DNA from: Felis catus
Lineage: Eukaryota
DNA length: 64,000 bases
Assembly: GCF_018350175.1 (NCBI RefSeq)
Contig: NC_058377.1
Coordinates: forward strand, 108,004,001-108,068,000
Direction of reading: 5' to 3'
Every line of letters starts with the position of its first letter. Position 1 is the stretch's first letter. Positions 1-10,694 of the stretch are shown in pieces. The notes beneath the pieces are model-generated. The model ran no database searches, was not told the DNA's origin, and saw only the letters and a list, made by a program, of their open reading frames with translations. A program made the translations under genes and the position numbers.

Positions 1-669
1 CCCACTCCCCCTCACAACCCAATACAAGGGAAACTGGGACCCAGAGCGAGAAAGGGACACCACGAGGCCACTTGCCCAGAAGTACCTGGAGAGGCAGCAA
101 GGCTAGAGCCCCGCTCTTTAGAGTCAGTTCTTTTCACGGACTGACTTACTCAGGTGAAAGTATTTATTGGATACTTAGTGTAGGCCTGCACCGTACTAGG
201 CTCCGGGCAGGGCCTGGGACAGACACAGCCCCGCCCTTGGGGGGACCTCCCTCCCCTGAGCGAGACAAACCACGAGGAAGACAGCACCTGCAGGCGGTGA
301 AGGGGTGTGGCGAGGACACTAACAGGTTGACCTGTAAGAGGACACCTGGTGGCAGATGGGGGGAGGACAGGCCAGGAGTGGCAGGAGCGTGGGGAATGGT
401 GTTCAGGCAGAGGGAGCAGCAAGCAAGTGCAGAGGCCTTGGTTTGGGAATGAGTTCAAGAGAGAGAGGGTGTCTGGAGAGTAGAGGGTGTAGATGAAGGG
501 CGGGTGGAACCCCACAGGGCCTTGTGGCTTCCCCAAAGACAAGGCAGATATTTTGGAGTCAGGGGAAGGTTGGGAGAGAGAAGAAAGGAAAAGGCCAGGC
601 CTTGACGTGGGCAGAGAAGCATACAAGGGAAGAGGAGAGGAGCCTTGAGGAAGCGGGGCCCCACCTCAC

Positions 670-1889
670 CTGTCTGCTGGGAAGTCTCCATCAGGCCGGA
701 AGCCAGGCCCCAACTTGTAGTCACAGCCCAGTGCTCCCTGCCAGGCAGCGGGGGCCAAGGTTCCCTGGAGGTTACTGAGGAGGAGGTGGAGGGTGTGGGG
801 GTTGGAGGTTGGGGGCCACGGGATTGCGGGCAGGGGCCCCCGGGGGGCACCAGAGCTTACCAGAGAAGGATTTTCGCATCCTCAAAGCCAATGGGCTGAG
901 TGGGAATGGGAGGAAATCCAGGGACAGTATCAGGGTTCAGGCGGAAGGAAGAAGGATTGGCCGGAAGGTAGGGAGTCAGAGGATCCCCAAAATACTCATA
1001 GTAGGAGCCTCGCTCCACCCCTGAGGGAGGCAGGCGCCAAGAGTTCGGAAAGGTCTGGCTGGCGGAGCTGTGCCCATCGTTGATGTCTGCGGGGTCCGTG
1101 TACACCAGCACCCCAGCTACCCCGTGCTTGGCCGCATTGACAGCCTGCGGGAGGGGGATGAGGCTGTGTTTAGGGGAAAGGAGAGGGGATGTCATGTCCT
1201 GTTCCGCTCCCTCCCTCACTGCGGCAGCCAGGATGGACCTGTCTTCCCACAGGCAAGATGATGCTCACACAAGTCATTTACTGCAGCCCTGCTCGAGGGA
1301 GCAAAAGACCGCTGGACATAGGCAGGTCGATGCTCATCAGCAGGGCTGTCACGTGATCGGAGGCATCGCACAAGGACACCCTGGGCAGCTGCGTAGGAGA
1401 GCAGGGCCACCGCTCACAGGAGCCAAAAGGCAGAAGCAGCCCAAGTGTCCATGGGCAGAATGAATGGATAAGCCAATGTGTGGTGTACAGCATGCAAGAG
1501 GCAATTACTCAGACTTGAAAGGCAATGAAGTTCTGATACAACATGGATGGGCCTTGAAAACATTATGCTAAGTGAAGAAGCCAGGCACAAAAAGTCAGTA
1601 TTGTGTGATTCCTCTTATATGAGGTTTCTAGAATAGGCAAACTCATACAGCTGGAAGGTAGAATAGAGGTCACCAGGAGCTGGGGAGGGAGAGAGGGGAC
1701 GTTATGTTTAATGGGCACAGAGTTTCGTTTGGAATGATCGAGAGCCCTAGAAATGGACGGTGGTGACGGTTTGCACAACATTGTGAAGCTACTTAATGCA
1801 TCTGCATTGTACCGTTAGAGATGGTTAACACGGTCAGTTTATACTGGTATATTTTAGCACAATGAAAACATAATAGTACACAAAAAAAA

Positions 1890-1945
<56 letters not shown>

Positions 1946-2332
1946 GAACAAGGACACAATTTATGTGCCGATGGAGAATTAATCTCCAGGATGTATTAAG
2001 GTGAAAAAAAGCACACCTTGAAAAGGTGGGTATAGTATGCTGCTTTTATACAAAAAGAGGGAGAAATAAAAATATATATTCATATGCATGTCTTCCAAAA
2101 GAAACTGTGGATAGATTCCTCTTTGGAGGATGGCATGACAGGAAAGCTTTTGCACTCTAAACTTTTTTTCTTTTTTTAACTGGAAATTCTATAATTTGTG
2201 TAATTCCATTATGGCTCTTCCTCTTTTCTCTTTTGCAGATCTTATTATGCGCACTTCTCTTTTTTTTTCTAAGTTTATTTATTTATTTTGAGAGAGAGCA
2301 TGTGTGCAAGTGGGGGGGGGGGGCAGAGAGAG

Positions 2333-2372
<40 letters not shown>

Positions 2373-2989
2373 AATCCCAAGCAGGCTGGGAGCTATCCCA
2401 CAAGGGGCTCAATCTCCCAAACTGTGAGATCAAGACCTGAGCCTGTGACCCCCCCAACCGAAATCTACATGAAATTTACTACCCTAACCATTTTATAGCT
2501 TGCTGTTCAGCGGCAGGGAGGACATCCACATTTTATTGCACTACCATCACCCCCACCCACTTCCAGAATTCTTCGTCTTGCACATCTGAAACTCTGTACT
2601 CGCTAAACCCTAAGTCCCTATTCCCTTCTCTCACTCTATACGTTTAAAAAAAAAAAAAAAATCCCGCATTTTTGAAAAACACACATGTGAACTACTCAGC
2701 CAAAATGTTTAGTTGAAAAGATGCAGGCCGGGAGGGAGGGCAACAGGAGGGACTTAAGTTGAATATTCAGGAGAACTTAGACCCCCAGAATATCAAAGTT
2801 TACCTGATCCATTTATTTCCTAAGGCTCAGAGAGGTTAGGGGAGGCATCCAGGGTCACACAGCACATCATGAGTGGTAACAGCACAAATATAGCTCACCT
2901 CTTGTGCCCCAGCCCAGGGCTCCGCAGGCCACTCAACCCTGCTCCTTCCTCTTCCCCTCTCTTCTTCCTGTCCTCTGCTGACCACCCCA

Positions 2990-3036
<47 letters not shown>

Positions 3037-4203
3037 AGTTTCCTGCACTGGGGGCTGCTGCTCACCTTGGCCCCACGCCCTGTACCCCCATAGCGGGTCA
3101 GCGCGATGGTGCCTTCCAGTCTGATGCCCTGAGTCTGTAGCTCCATAAAGTCTTCTTCCGTTCCCCGGTTGGCGTAGACGAGGAGGCCCTGGTCCCAAGG
3201 GGAGGTGATCCTCAGAGCCAGGCCCAGGAAAGAGGGGGTGAGGAAAGGAGAGAGGGAGGCCGAGTGGCAGAGTGAAGGATTTTGATTCTATTTTCCCCGC
3301 CTCACCCAGAGCTTGTAAACTTCCCAAGAACGGAGTCACATCTCATTTCCTCTGGGTCCAGGTGCCCTGTAGTGGGCCTGACCTTGAACATGGGGCCATC
3401 AGCGTTTGTAAAATGGCTAGGCGATGGGCAAAAAGTGTGGCAGTGGAGTTTAGGGGGAAGGGCCCTGGGTCAGGAAGGGAGAATTTGGGGTGGAGCCAGA
3501 GGGGACTGGGCCTCGGCAGAGGGGAGGGAGTGTCCCAGGCCCACCTGCGGGGTTCCAGGGGGAGCGTAGGCGGCATAAGGTGGCACCACATCGGGGCCCC
3601 CCTGCTCCCCAGTCAGGTTCTGTTCACTCTGGCGGCAGGAGAAGAGGACGGTCCCAGTGGGACCCACTGTGGAGGAGGGGCAGCATCAGAGCTGGCCCGG
3701 CAGGTCCCGCCCCACGGGCATCCCCAGACCTGAGTGGGAGGGACCTCACCGACAGCCACCCGGTTGGGCTGCTCCCGGCTGGGGAAGGACAGCAGCACTT
3801 CATACGTGGGGGCCTCCGCCGCGTCCAGGCCTGACTCCGGGTCCCGCCAGCGCTGCAGCAGGAGCTGTGCCAGCGCCTCATCCCGGGGGCTGGAGGCCAG
3901 GTGAGGCTCCCTGGAGAGTTCTCTGCGGGGAGACAGAGGGCCAGGCCCAGGGTCAGGGAGGCGCCTCTGGTGAATAGGAGGGCAGGGTAGACAACCCTCT
4001 CACCTAAGGTTCTCTCGGATCTTGCTGGCATCCAGCTGCTTCATGACGCTCTCAAGGATCTCCAGATCCAGGTCCTGGGAGACCGAGACGCCGGGAGCTG
4101 GTGCGTCGGCCCCTTTGGGAATGGCGAAGTGGCCCAGGATGATCCCCAGGCCCAAGAGGGCAGAGGCCCCCACCAACCCCCCAAGCACCTTCACCCACTG
4201 CAT
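670..4203 (-). CDS. NAALADL1: N-acetylated alpha-linked acidic dipeptidase-like 1 (ileal aminopeptidase), exons 1-6; gene continues beyond the left edge
   Basis: Coding exons 4203-4004, 3922-3750, 3666-3545, 3188-3066, 1144-861, 774-670, all GT-AG and phase-consistent. Spliced product: [30 protein letters not shown] (type II membrane anchor)...[16 protein letters not shown]...[14 protein letters not shown]...[23 protein letters not shown]...[20 protein letters not shown], typical of the M28B/PSMA-like family with a PA domain. Confidence 0.96.
1435..1945 (+). mobile_element. Old L1 (L1M-type) 3' end fragment with (AAGA)n tail
   Basis: Typical L1M 3' text (CCCAAGTGTCCA...GAATGGATAA...CTTGAAAACATTATGCTAAGTGAAGAAGCCAGGCACAAAA), ending in an A-rich tail expanded to (AAGA)n at ~1889-1945. 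Confidence 0.8.
2260..2460 (-). mobile_element. Can-SINE, degenerate
   Basis: Reverse-complement layout: poly-T/TTTATT, (GA)n, then body GGGCTCAATCTCCCAAACTGTGAGATCAAGACCTGAGC. Confidence 0.8.
2991..3035. repeat. (CA)n microsatellite
   Basis: Perfect CA run in NAALADL1 intron 4. Confidence 0.95.
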
Positions 4204-4233
4204 CCTGTGGAGTCTTGGCCAGCTGGGGTCACT

Positions 4234-4296
4234 CCTTATAGATGGGTGTCAGGTCTAGTTAACCATTACCCCATGGGTGGCCCTGCCCTTTGGCCC
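4234..4296 (-). promoter_or_regulatory. NAALADL1 proximal promoter: TATA box, HNF1-like site and HNF4 DR1 site
   Basis: Minus-strand TATAAGG at 4234-4240; GTTAACCATTACC at 4258-4270 (two mismatches to HNF1 consensus GTTAATNATTAAC); minus-strand GGGCCAAAGGGCA at 4284-4296 (HNF4 DR1). Confidence 0.65.
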
Positions 4297-4994
4297 TCCT
4301 CTGGCGGGGAGAGTCAGGGAGCATCCTGCAGGGAGGGCCGCGAGCTGTTCCCATCCACCTCCATATCTGCATCATTCACCGAAGCGACCCCCAGGGTATC
4401 AAGTCCATTTGGGCACACTGAGGCCCAGAGAGGGACCAGGTCTCAGCCAGAACTGGAACTCAGAGCCACTGTTCAGAGCAAGGCTGGGCCTGCCCCCAGC
4501 CACCCCTGCCTCTGTCTCCTCGGAGCCCTTTGATTTCCAGCGCATTCAGCCCCCGCTGCTTGAGCAGGTTTTGAGTTCAAATGCCGTCCTTGCCGGATGT
4601 AAGCTGTGTGACCCTGAGCAATTCGTTTAGCTTCTCTGACTCTGTTTTGTTTGTTTTGTTTTGTTTTTTTAAAGCTGTCAAACGGGGATAAGAGATCTGT
4701 TTCACAAAACTGGTGCTGTTTTCATTAAACAAGACCACATCTGCAGAAAAATCTAGCCCAGTGTCTGGCACATCATGGGAGCTCAGTACATTTTAGCCAC
4801 TCCTGCCTCATCTGACTCCCTAAAATGCAAAACCTGGGGCTAAAGGAAGAAAGGGGATCCAGAAGAATTCTCTGTGTGTATCCTGCAGGGGTCCCAGCTT
4901 ATGTGAGGAAGTGGAACTCTTAGAAAGGGAAGCCATTTCTTCCTTTGCAAGGTGACTTCCTCCTCCATGCTCTAACCGTATCTGCCCTCTCTGG

Positions 4995-5405
4995 AATCCA
5001 TTCACCCGTTCATCCATCCATCCACTATTTATCCACCCGCCCTCCTATTCCCCCACCNNNNNNNNNNNNNNNNNNNNNNNNNNNNNNNNNNNNNNNNNNN
5101 NNNNNNNNNNNNNNNNNNNNNNNNNNNNNNNNNNNNNNNNNNNNNNNNNNNNNNNNNNNNNNNNNNNNNNNNNNNNNNNNNNNNNNNNNNNNNNNNNNNN
5201 NNNNNNNNNNNNNNNNNNNNNNNNNNNNNNNNNNNNNNNNNNNNNNNNNNNNNNNNNNNNNNNNNNNNNNNNNNNNNNNNNNNNNNNNNNNNNNNNNNNN
5301 NNNNNNNNNNNNNATCCATTTTTCTATCCACGCATCCACCCACCCTCCCATCCATCTATTCCTTTATTCACTCCTTCTCTTATACCTGCAAGAATCCATT
5401 CATCC
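4995..5405. repeat. (CCAT)n-like simple repeat spanning an assembly gap (N 5058-5313)
   Basis: Degenerate CATC/CCAT units on both sides of the N run. Confidence 0.75.
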
Positions 5406-7805
5406 AGCTCTGTGCAAGACCCGTGTTAGGGCCTGAGGAGGAAGAGGTGCCCAAGACTTCAGGTCCAGAGGGGAGACAGGCAGGCTTTGGGCTCAACCAT
5501 GTGGTAAGTGCCCCTATAGAGGGAGGACCAGTGTGTTCCCAGTGGGGAGAATGTGGAATTCTAAGAGGGAACATTTGAGGGGATCTTCCAAGGATGAGAA
5601 GGCATTCAGCAGGCAGAGAAGGCAGGAGCAGGCCATCCGTGCAAATGGCCCAGCATGCGCAAAGGCTGAGAAGGAGAGGAAGATACCAAGTTCTCACTAT
5701 AAATGTTGATTGGGCCCCTTCTGGGCCTCAGAGAGCCAGGCAGGGTGGAAAGATCCTTGGGGCTCAAGCTGTGACTCCTCCTACCCCCATGACCTATCTT
5801 GCCTTGGGCCTCTCCCCAGCCAGGCTGCAGCCCATTGATTGTCCCACAGATGCCCCAAGAGCTGGGCGAGCCGGGCAGGGTAGACTTGGTGTGTGTGTGA
5901 TTTCACAGCCCACTCCCGGAGCAGCCCCCTTCCTGCTCACAACCCTGTTTTGTGGGCACCACCTGCCCCCCACCCTCCTGTGTCCATCCCCCCTGGTGCT
6001 GCTGGTCAGGAGGACAGCATGGGAGGGCTATGGGGGGGTTTAGTGTGATCAGTGGTTCAGGGAGGCACACCAGGAAGCCACAGTTTTTGCAAGGTGGTTA
6101 TCAGCACGCCAGATATGACCTTGGATCTTATCAGAAGCCTGTTAGTGTGGGGAGCGTACACATTCCTGAGGACCAGGAGGACTGTCACCACCTGGCAGGC
6201 AGTGGGAGGGACGTCAAGATCGGCTGATAAGTTGAGAAACAGACACGGTGACGACGGCATGAGGAACAGCCCCACGGTCCCACACCACCCCCTCCTGGAG
6301 GGATTTAGCCGCTTGAACCTGTGAAATTACAGATGCAACACGTGGACAAGGGCGTGTGACATCTCTGTGTGCCATCTGAGAACCCCAGCTCAGGCTGTTG
6401 GAGTCAGCTGGTGTCTACGCTGCATTCTGCACCGGATGTAAACCTGGCCAATTTTCCTTTCCCCATCTTGGCTCGGTGGCTGGTGTGGCCCCTCCCTGAA
6501 CATTTTGGATTGTGGTGTTGATGGAACCACTTAAGGTAGCTACCGCGTTCTCTTTATTTTCCCACCTCACTTGTTGATCCTGCTGCCTGCAGGAGTTCTC
6601 CTGTCCCTCCAGGACCCCTGATCCATTGGTGCCAGCTCTTCCCACTTTCCCTCTCCTCCCTCCTGGCCTCGCCCAGCCCCTTACAAAGCCTCTCCACCAC
6701 CGGCTTCCTCTTCTGCTTTGGTCACATTCGCTGGGGAAAAAAACCTGGCGCTCTGCCCACTCTGCACCTGTACCCTTGACCCTGAATGGGCCTGCAGAAT
6801 CACGTGACCTCACTGGTCTTGCTTTACCTTTATGAGCCCAAACCTCAGGCAGGCTCTCAGCACTGCCCAGCGGTCCTGTTGTCTTTCCCTGGTCCTGGCC
6901 TGCTCACCCTTCCCCACTCCCGGATGGAAGCTTCGCCCTCACTGAATCTCACTGAATCACCCTCGCTGAATCTCCGGAGCCCAGAACAGAGCCTGGTACA
7001 TAGGAGGCACTCAGCACATGCCCGTCGAATGGATGGAAAGCCGCCTTGGACCAACGCACCTCCTCAGCGTCGGGCAATCATGGCCCAGCTATCTGGGATT
7101 TAAGGAGCAGAACGCAGGGGGCCCGGGGCAACCCCAAGGGATACAAAAGGTGGGCTCAGAACCTCTGGGAAACAGACCCCATCTGAATGAGCCCCAGTGG
7201 GATCGCTGAGGTGGCCACGGGTGGGGGCCTGCATGACACAAGTGCCCTCGTGAGACGGGGATGTGGGATCTAACAGTCCTCCAGGGGCGGATGTTTCCAG
7301 AGGGTGCTGCTGCTGGGCCGCGGGATCGACCCAACCTCACAGGCAGGAATAGCAGCCCCTTCAGGTGGGCTGCTGGGAGCCTGCTGGGGTACCCCACTCC
7401 ACCCTGCTTCCACGGGGCCCCCGAAGCCACGTTGGAGGCGTGGGTAGATGCACCAGAAGTAGGCTACTTGCCAACCCTCGCTGCATGCTAACAACTCCCC
7501 GAGCCCGCACTGGGTCACCGGTCCTCGCGGGGGCCTCTGAAGTGGGCATGTTGCAGATAAAAGAAGCACGCGTGGTTACTCGGTCGAGGCCACACGGGCT
7601 GGCACGTGGCGGAGCTGAGGGAGCAGGACCTCTTCTCTCCAAAGCTACACCACCTCTCAGGCTCCAGGCGGAGAGGGGCATCCCATTCTGCTCCTCGCAA
7701 GGCGGAATCACGGGGACGCAGGAGGCTGGTTTGCCAACCCAGCCTCAGTGCCTTGAAGACAGAGAGGCCTGGACGATCCGGGGGCACAGCTTGTGAATGG
7801 CACAG

Positions 7806-7807
<2 letters not shown>

Positions 7808-7838
<31 letters not shown>
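7808..7838. repeat. (GT)n microsatellite
   Basis: Perfect GT run. Confidence 0.95.
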
Positions 7839-7841
<3 letters not shown>

Positions 7842-8592
7842 AAAGACCTGGGAATGTCCCGGGGCCCACATGGCTGTGCTGTGGGACCCCCTCCTTGGGA
7901 AGGCCTCCCTGCCTTGCTGCCTTGCTGTGTCAACAGGAGCGGCTGTAGGGACGGAGCTCAGGGCAGGACAATGCTAGGGCCTCCGGGGCACCTGTCAGCT
8001 CTTCTGTGGTTTGGAGACAAGTGCGCAGAGAGGGCTCTGTGACCGACTCCATTTCCTGCGGTGTTCACGTAGCCGCATACCTTTGCTTTCCCAGGCTGAG
8101 ATGCTGGAGGCTTTGGGGGGAAGCAGGCTCAAAGGGGATCATGCTTCCGGTCTGAGCATCAGATGATTCCCTTCAGGAAAATGGCAGGATTGCTGTTTTG
8201 TAACAGCTGGACCGCCTTCAAGAACTGGTCAGGAAGTGGGGGGGGGGGGGGCGGGGGCGCCTCTCGGACTCCTAGAACCATCCAGGCCCTGAGGGTGGAG
8301 TCCTGGAGGAGGCAGCTGCTAGGTCAGAGCTCAGCTCAGCTCTGATCAAATCAAACCTTCACTAATCAAATCTGTCGGGAGTTACTGGCCTGGGCGTGAT
8401 CCCACCGGGGCTGGTGTAAGTCAAGCTAGGTCTGAAGAGGGGCCGCAAACCTGAATTTCCATCCTCTTGGTTAGTGTTCCCTGCAGTGGGTATGAGGCAG
8501 AAAGATGGCCCCAGTCCTTTCGTGTCATACTAGAGAATTTCTGCCCAGTACATTTTATCACCCTTAGGGGTCATGGGGCTTTGAAAAACATT

Positions 8593-8998
8593 GCTCTTTT
8601 TTTTTTTTAATTTTTTTTCAACGTTTTTATTTATTTTTGGGACAGAGAGAGACAGAGCATGAATGGGGGAGGGGCAGAGAGAGAGGGAGACACAGAATCG
8701 GAAACAGGCTCCAGGCTCCGAGCCGTCAGCCCAGAGCCTGACGCGGGGCTCAAACTCACGGACTGTGAGATCATGACCTGGCTGAAGTCGGACGCTTAAC
8801 CGACTGCGCCACCCAGGCGCCCCGCTCTTTTTTTTTTTTTAATATTTATTTTTGGGAGAGAGAGACACACACAGAATCAGAAGCAGGCTCCAGGCTGTCG
8901 GCACAGAGCCCGACACGGGGCTCGAACTCACAAACTGTGAGATCATGACCTGAGCCGAAGTCAGACGCCTAACTGACTGAACCCCCCTGGGTGCCCCT
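8593..8998 (-). mobile_element. Two Can-SINEs, the younger inserted at the tail of the older
   Basis: Inner copy ~8600-8823 flanked by a GCTCTTTTTT duplication. Outer copy ends at 8998 and is flanked by TGAAAAACA(T/C)TG(C/T)TC. Confidence 0.85.
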
Positions 8999-9089
8999 GA
9001 AAAACACTGTTCTATAGGATATTGACCAATATTGATCTAATTTAGCAATAGCAATCTTATTTCAGGATTCCTCCTGCTTCCCCCGTTGA

Positions 9090-9091
<2 letters not shown>

Positions 9092-9129
<38 letters not shown>
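9092..9129. repeat. (CA)n microsatellite
   Basis: Perfect CA run. Confidence 0.95.
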
Positions 9130-9132
<3 letters not shown>

Positions 9133-9172
9133 TCGATTTCTTGTATCCTCCTTTAAACTGGTTTCATCATCT

Positions 9173-9715
9173 TGATCAGGGAGCACGAGGCAAGCTGACA
9201 GGCCGCAAACACCCCCCTCCCCCACCAAGGTGGGACTTGTGTGACATTCCTTGGGCACTCCTGGCTGCCCGAGAACAAAGGAAAGGGGAAAAACAGATGG
9301 TTAACTGATAGAGATCATAGTCCCGAAGGACCTAAAAGTCTCCATCACCCCTCCATAGTGAGGTGGGGAACAAAGGCAGAAAGAAATGGCAGCTAGAACT
9401 CAATTTCCTTCTAACCAGCAGCCCATTGACAAATAAATACTTGGGGCAGGCAGAGTAAAACGTTTCTCCAGAAACTCCTTACAGTCTTAATGCTAATGAT
9501 TTGCTGGAGAGAAAACCGCCTTAGCTTGACAATAGCTAGGCCTCCGGTAACCTTTGAGTCTTTAGCATATGAAAATCTCACTGGAAACTTCCCCTGGACT
9601 TTAACCAGTCTCTCTTCAGGGTTCCGGGGCAGCTCTTCCTGCCCACGGGTCCTGTCTTTCTTGGTCGTCGGCTCCAGACCCCACGAGCCCCACAGTCACC
9701 CCAAAAACCTCATCA
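9173..9715 (+). mobile_element. Solo LTR, probably ERV1 class, carnivore type
   Basis: Starts TGAT and ends ATCA (inverted termini), with a perfect 4-bp TSD ATCT at 9169-9172 and 9716-9719; 543 bp. Strand is tentative. Confidence 0.8.
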
Positions 9716-9757
9716 ATCTTGCTGGCTCTGTCCTCTTCCTCCTTAAGGAGTTGTTTT

Positions 9758-9931
9758 TCTTTTTTAAATAAGTTTATTTATTTTTGAGAGAGACAGACAG
9801 CACGCAGGAGGGGCAGAGAGAGGGAGAGAGCATCCCAGGCAGGCTCCGCACTGCCCGCGCAGAGCCCGACTTCCGGGCTCGGTCCCAGGAACTTGAGCTG
9901 AAATCAACCCACTGAGCCACCCAGGCACCCC
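9758..9931 (-). mobile_element. Can-SINE, internally deleted
   Basis: SINE body ending CCACCCAGGCACCCC; TTAAGGAGT repeated on both flanks. Confidence 0.8.
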
Positions 9932-10468
9932 TCTTTAAGGAGTCTGAACACCAAACCAAATGAACCATGCTCCTGTCATACAGGAAGGCAGCCAGCCGCA
10001 GCCAGGGCAGGAAGAGTCCCATGGGTGTAGGGCAAGAGGTCTCAGAGTGTCAGGTGTTGGACCCCTGTGGAGCTCCCACTACCAGCCCCCACCCCTGCCC
10101 ATGATTGGCCTTATAAAGGAGAAGAGACTTCTCCGAGGTCGCAAGGTGGGTAGTGGCTCTTCCAGACCTTCCCTAGTCTCTTTCTGCCCTTTGGAGTTAG
10201 ACCTGTGGCCTCCATCCTTGGGGGGGGGGGGGCGCTTCTAGTCCCACCCCAGTGCTTATCACGGGGACATTGCCCTTGAGGCTGACGCCACCAGGCCTGG
10301 AACCTCTTCCGGGGTGATGGGAGTTCAGGGCCAGGGAACCAAGGCGGGGGGGGGGGGTCTCAGAGGGGGCCCAGGGACCAAGCTCATTTTGGAGCTGGTG
10401 ACCTCCCACCCTACCTGATTCCCAGGGCCCACAAACACGCGGGGAGTGGCTGCTCAACTGCGGAGAAG

Positions 10469-10474
10469 TTTATT
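10469..10474 (-). other. Polyadenylation signal of the candidate gene
   Basis: TTTATT on + in otherwise GC-rich sequence, 220 nt after the candidate stop codon. Confidence 0.6.
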
Positions 10475-10694
10475 GCTGGGACCTGCAGAGGAGCTGCTGG
10501 AACGTCTTCCCGAGGAGACGACCAGTTTCCAGCCTCGGGCCTGGCCAGGGCTGACGCTGGTGTCTGTGGGTGGCGGGAGCACCAGGCTGCAGGACGAGTG
10601 CTGTCTCCTGGGAGCTGGGTTGCTACAGGCAAGGACGGCTGAGTGAGCGGCTGGGAAGGCCTGCCCTTGCTCCCCACGTGCCACAGGGGCGCTG

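Noticed and set aside
4945-5436. ORFs containing long X runs (also near 38475, 41992 and 61692)
   Set aside because: Artefacts of N gaps.
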